NCBI GenBank assembly: GCA_913043225.1
Contig: CAJWLU010000007.1
Span: 81,193 to 145,192 of the forward strand
DNA from: an uncultured Acidobacteriota bacterium
GTDB taxonomy: Bacteria > Acidobacteriota > Vicinamibacteria > Vicinamibacterales > UBA8438
DNA length: 64,000 nt
Reading direction: 5' to 3'
In this document: in pieces, positions 38,738 through 47,411 of the stretch
Layout: every line of letters starts with the position of its first letter
Position numbering within the stretch: position 1 is the stretch's first letter
Notes under the pieces: model-generated
Databases searched by the model: none
Told to the model about the DNA's origin: nothing
What the model saw: only the letters and a program-made list of their open reading frames with translations
Program-made: the position numbers and the translations under genes

Positions 38738-40243
38738 CTACAGTCTATTCAGCCGCATCACGTTTCGGTTGAGGTCGAGGGTGACGCGGTAATCGCTCAG
38801 GAAGCTGTGACCGACGATGCCCCCGATATGGAAGCCGAGCAGGGCACTCGGACGATGGAGATTGAGCACGACGACTGAGTAGTTCCGGTACTGCAGCTCG
38901 TCGAAGGCTAGGTCGGTACCCGGTCGCAGATACGCATCCTCATCCCATCCCGAAGTACCGTAGACCTTGAGCGGGACCTGACGCACGGTAAGCGGCGGCA
39001 GCAGGTTGGCCGTGCCGCGGCTGATGGAGATAACCTCACCGCCAGAATCCACGACGAAGCTGCGGGCAAGCTGATCGTTGACTACCCCGCGGACCACCGG
39101 CAACCGATACTGCCGCAGCTCTAATTCGATGTCCGCCGGCTCGTCGGGCAGCTCCTCGCCCACGATGAGCTCTTGGCGCTCGTAGTCGATGGTCACCGAC
39201 AGGCCGAGGGACAACGGCGAGAAGCCTTCCGCCTCTGGCGTCGGCAGTCCGCCAAGCGGCGGGCTCTTGATGATGACGGGGAGGTGGCTAACCTTAAGCG
39301 AACCAATCTCCAACGAATCGAGACGACCGGTCTGAAGGCCACGCAGGCCGACTTCGCCGACGCCTGCGCTCAGCGTGTTGGCGATCGGCTGAATGTCGAA
39401 ATCTCTCGCGACTGGCTGCGACAAAACGGTCTGTTCGGCGCCGGTGTCCATGACGAAGTCGATCGGATCCCGGCCGTTGACCCGACCACGGACGATGACC
39501 TTGTCACGAACCAACCGAAAGGGAATCGTATGCACCCGTCCCGGCTCGGCCAGCACGAGCGCAGGACGGTCGCCGAACGAGCGGAGGAACTGAACCTCGG
39601 CTCGCGCCCAATCCGCTTTCTGGCTGTTGGTTGTCGTGGGAAGGCGATCAACATATGCCTGGTAGGCGTCGGCGGCTTCAGGGAACCGGCGCATCCGCTG
39701 ATGAATGAAACCGAGCGTATGGTGTAGGCTCGCGACCTCAGGGGACACCTCGAGGGCGGCCCGCACCCAGTCGAGGGCATCGTCATACTGGCCGCGGGTG
39801 GTCATGCTCTTGGCCATGCCATGTCGACCGGCCGCAGACCCCGCGTCCATGGCGAGCACGTCGCGATAGACCTGCTCGGCCTCGTCGAACAGCCCGACTC
39901 CCCAGAGCGCGTCCCCGCGCAGTGCCAGGATTTCCGGATCATCCGATGCCAGATTAACTAGGAAATCCGCTTCTTCACGGGCCTGGGTAAACTCGGCCAC
40001 CTGCAGCAGCGACCGAAGCAAGCCAGCGGAAGCTATAGCGACCTGGTCTGGGCCGGCGTCGGCCTTCGCCTCGTCGAAAACGGGGATGGCCTCCCAGTAC
40101 CGCTGGTCATCAAAGAGCAAATTCCCCAGCTGAATACGCGCCTCGCTCCGCGCGGTGGTCGGCGTCGACTGGGCATCGATCACCAGCGGGATCGCCACCC
40201 CTGCCGCGACCAAGCAGACCAAAGTTTGAGCGACGCGCCTCAT
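38738..40243 (-). CDS. Secreted TPR protein with two retropepsin-like aspartyl protease domains
   Basis: Signal peptide, TPR-like helices, FVMDTGA and FVVDSGG motifs, GIVG.SFL. Confidence 0.85.
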   Translation of the reverse strand: MRRVAQTLVCLVAAGVAIPLVIDAQSTPTTARSEARIQLGNLLFDDQRYWEAIPVFDEAKADAGPDQVAIASAGLLRSLLQVAEFTQAREEADFLVNLASDDPEILALRGDALWGVGLFDEAEQVYRDVLAMDAGSAAGRHGMAKSMTTRGQYDDALDWVRAALEVSPEVASLHHTLGFIHQRMRRFPEAADAYQAYVDRLPTTTNSQKADWARAEVQFLRSFGDRPALVLAEPGRVHTIPFRLVRDKVIVRGRVNGRDPIDFVMDTGAEQTVLSQPVARDFDIQPIANTLSAGVGEVGLRGLQTGRLDSLEIGSLKVSHLPVIIKSPPLGGLPTPEAEGFSPLSLGLSVTIDYERQELIVGEELPDEPADIELELRQYRLPVVRGVVNDQLARSFVVDSGGEVISISRGTANLLPPLTVRQVPLKVYGTSGWDEDAYLRPGTDLAFDELQYRNYSVVVLNLHRPSALLGFHIGGIVGHSFLSDYRVTLDLNRNVMRLNRL

Positions 40244-40276
40244 AATCCTCCCCGGGGAGCACTATGCCCCAATCGC

Positions 40277-40374
40277 CAAGGCAGGGCAAGCCAGATTTAG
40301 GACCTCAGGAGCAGCCAAGCCTCTGAGAACAGCCGCACCGGAGACGAAGCATCAGAACCCTAGATTACGTAGAA
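40277..40374 (-). repeat. Degenerate copy A of a small palindromic intergenic element
   Basis: Shares TTCTACGTAATC, GCTTCGTC, GGCTGCTCC and GCCTTG in the same order with 50824-50929. Confidence 0.45.
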
Positions 40375-40404
40375 AAAGTCACGCCTGCTGCGCTGCAACA
40401 GGCG
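40373..40404 (-). terminator. Rho-independent terminator after nuoI
   Basis: Minus strand CGCCTGTTGC-agc-GCAGCAGGCG (10-bp stem, one G-U pair), then TGACTTTTT. Confidence 0.7.
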
Positions 40405-40414
40405 GGGGGACAGC

Positions 40415-40885
40415 TTAGCGGGTGTACTGCTCGATCTCGACGCCGTCGTACATCTCGTCGACGCGCAGGATCTGCTTCTGTCGATCGTAGCTGCCAAGCT
40501 CGTAGTCCTCGCTCATGATCAGCGCCTTGACCGGCTTGGTGGGGCACACCTCCGAGCACAGCCCGCAGAAGCTGCAGCGCGAAAGGTTAAAGTCAAAGAA
40601 ATCGAGCACCTTGATCTTGTGCCCGGGCTCCCGATGGCCGCCGAGGAAGATCAACTCGTCGGGACAGGCCTTCGCGCACTGGTCGCACACGATGCAAGTC
40701 TGCGCGCCAGTCTCCGGCTCCACCTGCAACCGCAGCACCCCTCTGAACCGCGGGGCCACCGGACGGCGCTCCGCCGGATACTGGAACGTAAACGCCGGCT
40801 GTGGCGTATTGCGCAGGGTAACCAGGAGCCCCTTGATCAGGTCGACTAGAAACACCGTCCGAAACAGTTTCGTCAACGACTGCAC
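40415..40885 (-). CDS. nuoI: NADH-quinone oxidoreductase subunit I
   Basis: T.QYP.E..P...RFRG, CIVCDQCAKACP and CSFCGLCSEVCP motifs. GTG start 2 nt after the nuoB stop. Confidence 0.9.
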   Translation of the reverse strand: MQSLTKLFRTVFLVDLIKGLLVTLRNTPQPAFTFQYPAERRPVAPRFRGVLRLQVEPETGAQTCIVCDQCAKACPDELIFLGGHREPGHKIKVLDFFDFNLSRCSFCGLCSEVCPTKPVKALIMSEDYELGSYDRQKQILRVDEMYDGVEIEQYTR

Positions 40886-40887
40886 GG

Positions 40888-41424
40888 TTACCCTCTGTCC
40901 TCGACGAGAATCGGCTCGCTCTGCCCGGCCATGATCACGCGCTCCTTCCGAAGCACCGTGCTCTCTTTCCGGATCTTGTCCTGCAGACGCATCAGACCAT
41001 AGAGCAACGCCTCTGGACGAGGCGGACATCCCGACACGTAGACGTCCACCGGCACGACCTTGTCCACGCCCTGCAGCACGGAGTAGGTCGGGAACGGACC
41101 GCCCGCGTTCGAGCAGCTCCCCATGGAGATGACCCACTTCGGCTCCGGCATCTGATCGTAGAGCCGGCGAAGCACAGGGGCCATCTTCTTGGTGACGGTC
41201 CCGGCCACGATCATCAGATCAGCTTGCCGCGGAGATGCGCGAAACACCTCGGCCCCGAACCGCGATATGTCGTACCGCGAGGTCGACGTCGCGATCATCT
41301 CGATCGCGCAGCACGCCAGGCCAAAGCCCATCGGCCAGAGAGACGATTCCCTAGCCCAGCTCAGTACCTTGTCGAGATTGGTCGTGATGAAGTTGTCTTC
41401 GAAGCGATGGTCGATCAATCCCAT
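40888..41424 (-). CDS. nuoB: NADH-quinone oxidoreductase subunit B
   Basis: [32 protein letters not shown] and GCPPRPE motifs. Confidence 0.97.
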   Translation of the reverse strand: MGLIDHRFEDNFITTNLDKVLSWARESSLWPMGFGLACCAIEMIATSTSRYDISRFGAEVFRASPRQADLMIVAGTVTKKMAPVLRRLYDQMPEPKWVISMGSCSNAGGPFPTYSVLQGVDKVVPVDVYVSGCPPRPEALLYGLMRLQDKIRKESTVLRKERVIMAGQSEPILVEDRG

Positions 41425-41439
41425 GAGACAGTCGCTCGG

Positions 41440-41703
41440 CTACTTACCCTCATACCAGTTGGCGTTGGTCTCGACAAAGCTCTGCCATTGCTCCGGCACC
41501 TCATCGTTTTCAAAGATCGCCTCGACGGGGCAAGCCGGAACGCACGCACCACAGTCGATGCACTCATCGGGATGGATATAGAGCATCGTTTCCGCTTCGA
41601 ACTCTTCCTCATCCTTCCGCGGATGGATGCAATCGACCGGACAGACGTCAACACACGCCGTGTCCTTAGTGCCGACGCAGGGTTCACAAATGCAGTACGC
41701 CAT
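41440..41703 (-). CDS. Dicluster (7Fe/8Fe-type) ferredoxin
   Basis: [16 protein letters not shown] and [12 protein letters not shown] motifs. GGAGG SD. Confidence 0.93.
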   Translation of the reverse strand: MAYCICEPCVGTKDTACVDVCPVDCIHPRKDEEEFEAETMLYIHPDECIDCGACVPACPVEAIFENDEVPEQWQSFVETNANWYEGK

Positions 41704-41798
41704 CAAAGTCCTCCGTATTCGTACCGCCGGAGCTCAGAAAGCCCAGCCGGCGACGAGCTCGTCCCTCCATGGAACGATGACCTAAACTCGCCATCCGA

Positions 41799-41827
41799 AG
41801 GATAACGCGCTGAGCCGGTCGGTTCAA
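41799..41827 (-). promoter_or_regulatory. Putative sigma70 promoter of the ferredoxin-nuoB-nuoI operon
   Basis: TTGAAC-17 nt-TATCCT on the minus strand. Confidence 0.5.
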
Positions 41828-41829
41828 CT

Positions 41830-42183
41830 TCAAACAATCTTCATTCGGCCCGCAAACCCCTCGTCATAACCGTGATAGTGGCGAATGGCCGGTTCGGGAT
41901 ACTTCCAACAGTAGTAGCCCTCGCCGTTGTCGAAGTCGACGAGCCAGAGCCCCTTCACGACGATCCCGAGCGCCTCCATCCGCGCGGTCCAGTCTTGGAC
42001 GACGGTTTCGAACGCCTGCAACCGCGCGGTGCGAGCCGGATCCTGGGACGACAACCGGTCCAGATCCTCCGAGATCTGTTCCGCTTCGCCCACCGCCTCC
42101 TCGGTGACGGCGCGGACGGCGCCCAGCAGTTGCTCGGCCTCCGCCAGGGTGAAGATCCTCGGGTGTGCAGTAGTAGCGGTCAT
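41830..42183 (-). CDS. DUF2203 domain protein
   Basis: FTL.EA..LL and KGLWLVDF....YYCWKYPE..I.HYH..DEGFAGR motifs. Confidence 0.85.
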   Translation of the reverse strand: MTATTAHPRIFTLAEAEQLLGAVRAVTEEAVGEAEQISEDLDRLSSQDPARTARLQAFETVVQDWTARMEALGIVVKGLWLVDFDNGEGYYCWKYPEPAIRHYHGYDEGFAGRMKIV

Positions 42184-42184
42184 G

Positions 42185-42347
42185 TCAGGATGTGGTGTTT
42201 TCGGACGTAGGCTCCAGCACGGTGATTCCTGCCGGTTCCGCGAACGCCCTGAGCATTGGACGGGGTGCCCGTCAACTCTAGAAAGGTGCCGTGGTGCATC
42301 GGCACGACCTAGCGCACACCGAGCCACAGGCAGGCGAGCGCGGACAT
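42185..42347 (-). pseudogene. Remnant of a UPF0173-like metallo-beta-lactamase-fold hydrolase
   Basis: MSAL|ACLWLGVR*VVPMHHGTFLELTGTP[frameshift]LRAFAEPAGITVLE. The PMH.GTF..LTGTP C-terminal motif is retained and most of the gene is missing. Confidence 0.7.
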
Positions 42348-42438
42348 CCGGCTAGCATTCTATCGAACTCGCCCCTTTTCCCGCCCAGTCCGACCCGGTT
42401 TGCGCCTGCCAGCGGCGAGACGCTAACATCGACGAACG

Positions 42439-43401
42439 ATGTCCACCGCGCCTCCTCAGTCGGGCAATGACGCCACGGTCGCGGTACCCGCGACCTTCTA
42501 CCGTGGGCGGCGGGTCCGCCCCGAGCTGCCGCAGCGTGGCGGCAAACCGCGGTGGCTGAAGGTGCGCCCCCCCGGAACGCCAGGCTATCGACGACTACAG
42601 CGCCTGGTCCGCGACCAAGGGCTCCACACAGTCTGCGAAGAAGCCCAGTGCCCCAACATCGGCGAGTGCTGGGACCATGGCACCGCTACCTTCATGATTC
42701 TGGGCGGGATCTGCACCCGTGCCTGCGGCTACTGCAACGTCGAGCATGGCCAGCCCAGCCCGCTCGACCTCGGTGAGCCAGCTCGAGTGGCGACCGCCGT
42801 CCGGACGCTCGAACTGGAGCATGTGGTCGTCACCTCGGTCGATCGGGACGATCTGGACGACGGCGGAGCGGGCGCCTTCGTTTCTACGATCCAGGCCATC
42901 CGGACCGATGCCCCTGGGTGCCGGGTCGAGGTGCTTATTCCCGATTTCGGCGGGAACGCCCAGGCACTCGACGTCGTCCTGGCCGCCCGCCCCGATGTCC
43001 TGAACCACAACATCGAGACGGTGCGCGGACAGTACCGCCGGGCGCGACCGGGTGGCAATTACGACCGCGCGCTCACACTCCTCGACCGGGCGCGCCGCGC
43101 GCGCACCGGCTTGACGACCAAGTCAGGCGTCATGGTCGGCCTTGGCGAAGACCGCGGCGAGCTGGTCGCGACGTTCGATGACCTGCGTGCCGCCGGATGC
43201 GAAATATTGACCATCGGGCAGTATCTCCGACCGTCAGCCGCTCACCTGCCCGTGGCCCGCTACTATCATCCAGACGAATTCGAGGAGCTCAAGCAAGCGG
43301 CAGACACGGCCGGATTCCTCCATGTCGAGTCAGGCCCGCTAGTCCGAAGTTCGTATCACGCACACGAACAGGCAGACGCGATCGACCGACGCGGCGCCTG
43401 A
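42439..43401 (+). CDS. lipA: Lipoyl synthase
   Basis: CEEAQCPNIGEC, CTRACGYC and RSSYHA motifs. Confidence 0.97.
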   Translation: MSTAPPQSGNDATVAVPATFYRGRRVRPELPQRGGKPRWLKVRPPGTPGYRRLQRLVRDQGLHTVCEEAQCPNIGECWDHGTATFMILGGICTRACGYCNVEHGQPSPLDLGEPARVATAVRTLELEHVVVTSVDRDDLDDGGAGAFVSTIQAIRTDAPGCRVEVLIPDFGGNAQALDVVLAARPDVLNHNIETVRGQYRRARPGGNYDRALTLLDRARRARTGLTTKSGVMVGLGEDRGELVATFDDLRAAGCEILTIGQYLRPSAAHLPVARYYHPDEFEELKQAADTAGFLHVESGPLVRSSYHAHEQADAIDRRGA

Positions 43402-43447
43402 CCGTTACACGACCGGCGCCGGTGGGGCGAAGCCCCATAAAACCGTC

Positions 43448-44155
43448 ATGGCCCTCTCGACCGTCCGTCGGCAGATCATCGGCTGCGAAGAGTGCCCACG
43501 TCTGCGCGCCTACTGCGCCCGGATCGCGCAGGACAAGCGAGCCGCGTTCCGAAACGACGTCTACTGGGGACGTCCGGTGCCAGGCTTCGGCGACCGCCGG
43601 GCGCGTCTGTTGGTCCTCGGTCTCGCCCCGGCCGCGCACGGCGCCAACCGGACCGGCCGCCCATTCACCGGCGATCGCTCGGGTGACTTCCTGATGGCCG
43701 CGATGCACGAAACCGGGTTCGCCAACCAGGCGCTCTGTCGAGATAAGCAAGACGGCCTCGTGCTGATCGACGCCTACCTTTCGACCGTGGTCCGGTGCGC
43801 ACCCCCAGACAACCGGCCAGCCCCCACCGAGATCGCCAACTGTCACCCGCTGCTGCAGGCCGAGACCACGGCGCTCCCCCGTCTGAAAGCGATCGTCGCG
43901 CTTGGCAAAATCGCCTACGACAGCTACTGGCGTCTGCTGGCTGAACGGGACATCACGGTGCGGCCGCGGCCCCGTTTCCATCACGGACTGGTTTGTCGTC
44001 CTCCGGGCGCCTGGCCGCTGGTCGTCTCCTATCATCCGAGCCAGCAGAACACCCACACGGGCCGGCTGACGCCGACCATGCTCGTGGACGTCTTGACCAC
44101 CGCCCGGACCCTGCTTGACGAACAGCGTCCTCATGGGGCGCGTTTGGGCCGGTAA
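43448..44155 (+). CDS. Uracil-DNA glycosylase family 5 (UdgB-like)
   Basis: C..CPRL, GLAPAAHGANRTGRPFTGD and YHPSQQN motifs. Confidence 0.92.
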   Translation: MALSTVRRQIIGCEECPRLRAYCARIAQDKRAAFRNDVYWGRPVPGFGDRRARLLVLGLAPAAHGANRTGRPFTGDRSGDFLMAAMHETGFANQALCRDKQDGLVLIDAYLSTVVRCAPPDNRPAPTEIANCHPLLQAETTALPRLKAIVALGKIAYDSYWRLLAERDITVRPRPRFHHGLVCRPPGAWPLVVSYHPSQQNTHTGRLTPTMLVDVLTTARTLLDEQRPHGARLGR

Positions 44156-45552
44156 ACGTGGGTGCTCTGGCCGAAGAAGACCTCGGCCGACTCCATAAGC
44201 GTCTCAGACAGGGTGGGATGTGGGTGGATACACAGCTTCAGATCGGCCGCAGTTGCGCCCATCTCGATGGCCACCACCCCTTCGGCAATCAGTTCCCCGG
44301 CGCCGGTGCCGGCAATGCCGACACCGAGAATTTCCTCTGACTTAGGGTCGACAATCAGCTTGGTCACGCCGGCGGGACGGTCCAGCGTCAGGGCCCGTCC
44401 CGACGCAGCCCACGGGAAGCGGGTCACCTGTACCTTCCGACCTTCAGCCTTGGCCTGCGTTTCGGTTAAACCGCACCAGGCGAGTTCAGGGTCGGTAAAC
44501 ACCACCGCCGGAATCGCTCGCGGCTCGAAAACCGACTTGTGACCGGCGATCGCCTCCACCGCGGTGCGCGCCTCGTGACTCGCCTTGTGCGCCAGCATCG
44601 GTTCACCCACAAGGTCGCCCACGGCGAAGATCGTCGGCTCGGCGGTTCGCCGTTGGGGGTCCACCTGGACAAAGCCGCGGTCGTCAAGCTGCACTTTGGT
44701 CAGCTCCAACCCGACGATCTGTGAATTCGGCACCCGCCCCACCGCGACCAGCACCCGGTCGAACCGCTCCTTGGTCGTCTCACCGGCCTTGGTGTGGAGT
44801 TCGACCAGGACACCGTCGCGGTCTTCGGTCAACCCGGCCACTGTCGTCTCGAGCCGGATGGCTGCAGCCAGCGAGTCGAGGCGCCGCGATACGACCGACA
44901 CAAGATCACGGTCGGCGCCGGGGAGCAAACCGCTGGTCATCTCGACGACGGTCACCGCCGACCCCAGCGAGGCGTAGACCGACCCCAGCTCAAGACCGAT
45001 GTAGCCGCCGCCCACCACGAGCAGTGTTGGCGGCACCGAACGCACCTCGAGCGCCAAGGTGGAATCCCAGACATGCTCGCTATCCGATGCGAGCGGCCCC
45101 GGGGCGGCGGGACGTGACCCTGTGGCCAGGATGGCGTGCTCGAAGGTAACATCGGTCACCTCTCCGTCGACGCCAGTAACGCGAGTGGAAGTCGGCCCCA
45201 GCAACTCGGCCCGACCACGGAGATAGGTGACACCGCGCTGGGTCGACAGCTGCCCGAGACCACCTGTCAGACGTGAGACCACCTGGTCCTTCCAGGCCCG
45301 CATCCGGTCGATATCGATCGTCGGCTCGCCGAAGTCCACCCCCCAGGCCTCGGCCTCTTTCGCTTCGGTGAGCACCTTCGCAACATGGAGCAATGCCTTT
45401 GACGGCATACAGCCGCGATATAGACAAACGCCGCCGGGGTCCTTGGCATCGTCGATCAGTGTGACCTGCATGCCCAGGTCCGCAGCCAAAAACGCGGCCG
45501 CATATCCTCCCGGGCCGCCGCCGATCACCGTCACCTGCGTGGAAGTCGCCAT
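44131..45552 (-). CDS. lpdA: Dihydrolipoyl dehydrogenase
   Basis: GGGPGGY, GGVCLYRGCMPSK, GGGYIGLE and HPHPTLSE motifs. Confidence 0.95.
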   Translation of the reverse strand: MATSTQVTVIGGGPGGYAAAFLAADLGMQVTLIDDAKDPGGVCLYRGCMPSKALLHVAKVLTEAKEAEAWGVDFGEPTIDIDRMRAWKDQVVSRLTGGLGQLSTQRGVTYLRGRAELLGPTSTRVTGVDGEVTDVTFEHAILATGSRPAAPGPLASDSEHVWDSTLALEVRSVPPTLLVVGGGYIGLELGSVYASLGSAVTVVEMTSGLLPGADRDLVSVVSRRLDSLAAAIRLETTVAGLTEDRDGVLVELHTKAGETTKERFDRVLVAVGRVPNSQIVGLELTKVQLDDRGFVQVDPQRRTAEPTIFAVGDLVGEPMLAHKASHEARTAVEAIAGHKSVFEPRAIPAVVFTDPELAWCGLTETQAKAEGRKVQVTRFPWAASGRALTLDRPAGVTKLIVDPKSEEILGVGIAGTGAGELIAEGVVAIEMGATAADLKLCIHPHPTLSETLMESAEVFFGQSTHVYRPKRAP

Positions 45553-45671
45553 CCTATGCACTGTAGCAGACCGCGCACCTTGCCTCGTCCGGCCTCATCG
45601 GACCATGATGGGATATCGGGGGATGGACGGTACGCGCCGACCGCCGTCCCACATCCCAGGGGAGCCCTACG

Positions 45672-47354
45672 ATGCGACATACGAGCCGTCGGATACCCGG
45701 CCCGCTCGCCTCCGTCGGGGTAGCGGTCGGCGTGGTCGCCACCCTGGCCGTCTCGGCCAGCGCACGCCAGGACACGACGATGACGAGACTCTTCGCCCCG
45801 GTCGAGATCGGGGCCGATCTCGACGCACTCCCCGACTCCGAGCGGGAGGCGCTCGCGCACATCCTCGAGGCCGCACGGGTCATGGACGGCCTCTTCCTCG
45901 AGCAGGTCTGGGCCGGAAACCCGGCCATGCTGCTCGAGCTAGCCACCGACACCAGTAACCTGGGCCAAGCCAGACTGGACTACTTCTTACTGAATAAAGG
46001 GCCCTGGTCACGGATCGAAGACAACGAGACGTTCGTGCCAGGCGCCCCCGAGAAGCCGGAGGGCGCGAACTACTACCCCGCCGGCGCTACCCGCGACGAG
46101 GTGGCACGCTGGTTCGACCAGCTCGAAGGCCCCACCCGAGACGCTGCTACCAGCTTCTTCACGACGATCCGACGAGGTGCCGGCGGCTTCGCCATCGTGC
46201 CCTACAGCGTGGAGTACGAGGGCCCTCTGGCGATCGCGGCCGAACATCTGCGGCGAGCAGGGCGAGCCACCCAGGAACCAACCCTCCGCCGCTATCTCGA
46301 AACCCGCGCGGACGCCTTCTCCTCAAACGACTACTACGACAGCGACGTAGCCTGGCTTGAACTGGACGCCGCGATCGACCTCACGATCGGGCCCTACGAG
46401 GTATACGAAGACGAGTGGTTCAACTACAAGGCGGCATTCGAGGCATTCGTCACCCTGCGCGATGACGAGGAAACGGCCAAGCTGGCCCGGTTCGGCGCGC
46501 TGCTGCAGGACCTTGAGGACGCGCTGCCGATCGACCCTGCGTTCCGGAACCCGGCACTCGGTGCGCTCGCTCCGATCCGGGTGGTCAACGTCTTGTTCAC
46601 CGCCGGCGACGCCAACAGCGGCGTGCAGACTGCGGCCTTCAACCTGCCGAACGATGAGCGGGTCATTCGCGACAAGGGCGCCAAACGAGTGATGCTGAAG
46701 AACGTCCAGGAGGCGAAATTCCAGCAGGTACTCGCCCCCCTCTCGGAGGAAGCGCTGTCGCCCGTCGAGCTCCGCGACGTCACCTTCGAGGCGTTCTTCA
46801 CCCACATCCTGATGCACGAACTGATGCATGGATTGGGGCCGAACACCATCACCGTCGACGGACGCGAGACCACGGTACGACAGGAACTCCGGGAGACTTA
46901 CAGCACCATCGAAGAAGCTAAGGCCGACGTCGCCGGGCTGTGGGCCCTGCACCAGCTAATCAATCAGGGGGAGCTCACTGCCTCGCTCGAACGCAGCATG
47001 TACACAACGTTCCTCGCCTCCACGTTCCGGTCCATCCGCTTCGGAGTCGGCGAGGCGCACGGCCGCGGGGTAGCGATCCAGCTGAACACGTTCCTCGATG
47101 CCGGCGCCGTCACCGTGGACGCAGCCGGTCGCTTCAAGGTGAACCACGACCTAATCCCTGATACCGTCACCGGGCTGACCCGAGAGCTGATGACCATCCA
47201 GGCGACCGGCGACATCGAGGCCGCCGAAGCGATCCTCGAGACCCGCGGCGTGGTCCGTCCTGAGGTCCAAGACGTCCTCAACCGACTCAGCGGCGTCCCG
47301 ATCGACATCCAACCAAGCTACGTCACCGCCAATACGCTCGCCGTCGACCGCTGA
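45672..47354 (+). CDS. Secreted peptidase M49 (dipeptidyl-peptidase III-like)
   Basis: IGPYEVYED, AFNLPNDE, HELMHGLG and EEAKAD motifs, signal peptide. Confidence 0.85.
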   Translation: MRHTSRRIPGPLASVGVAVGVVATLAVSASARQDTTMTRLFAPVEIGADLDALPDSEREALAHILEAARVMDGLFLEQVWAGNPAMLLELATDTSNLGQARLDYFLLNKGPWSRIEDNETFVPGAPEKPEGANYYPAGATRDEVARWFDQLEGPTRDAATSFFTTIRRGAGGFAIVPYSVEYEGPLAIAAEHLRRAGRATQEPTLRRYLETRADAFSSNDYYDSDVAWLELDAAIDLTIGPYEVYEDEWFNYKAAFEAFVTLRDDEETAKLARFGALLQDLEDALPIDPAFRNPALGALAPIRVVNVLFTAGDANSGVQTAAFNLPNDERVIRDKGAKRVMLKNVQEAKFQQVLAPLSEEALSPVELRDVTFEAFFTHILMHELMHGLGPNTITVDGRETTVRQELRETYSTIEEAKADVAGLWALHQLINQGELTASLERSMYTTFLASTFRSIRFGVGEAHGRGVAIQLNTFLDAGAVTVDAAGRFKVNHDLIPDTVTGLTRELMTIQATGDIEAAEAILETRGVVRPEVQDVLNRLSGVPIDIQPSYVTANTLAVDR

Positions 47355-47411
47355 CCCCTCCCGACCCCACGTCATCCCTGTGACGTCGGATCCGGCATTA
47401 TGATGAGAGCT

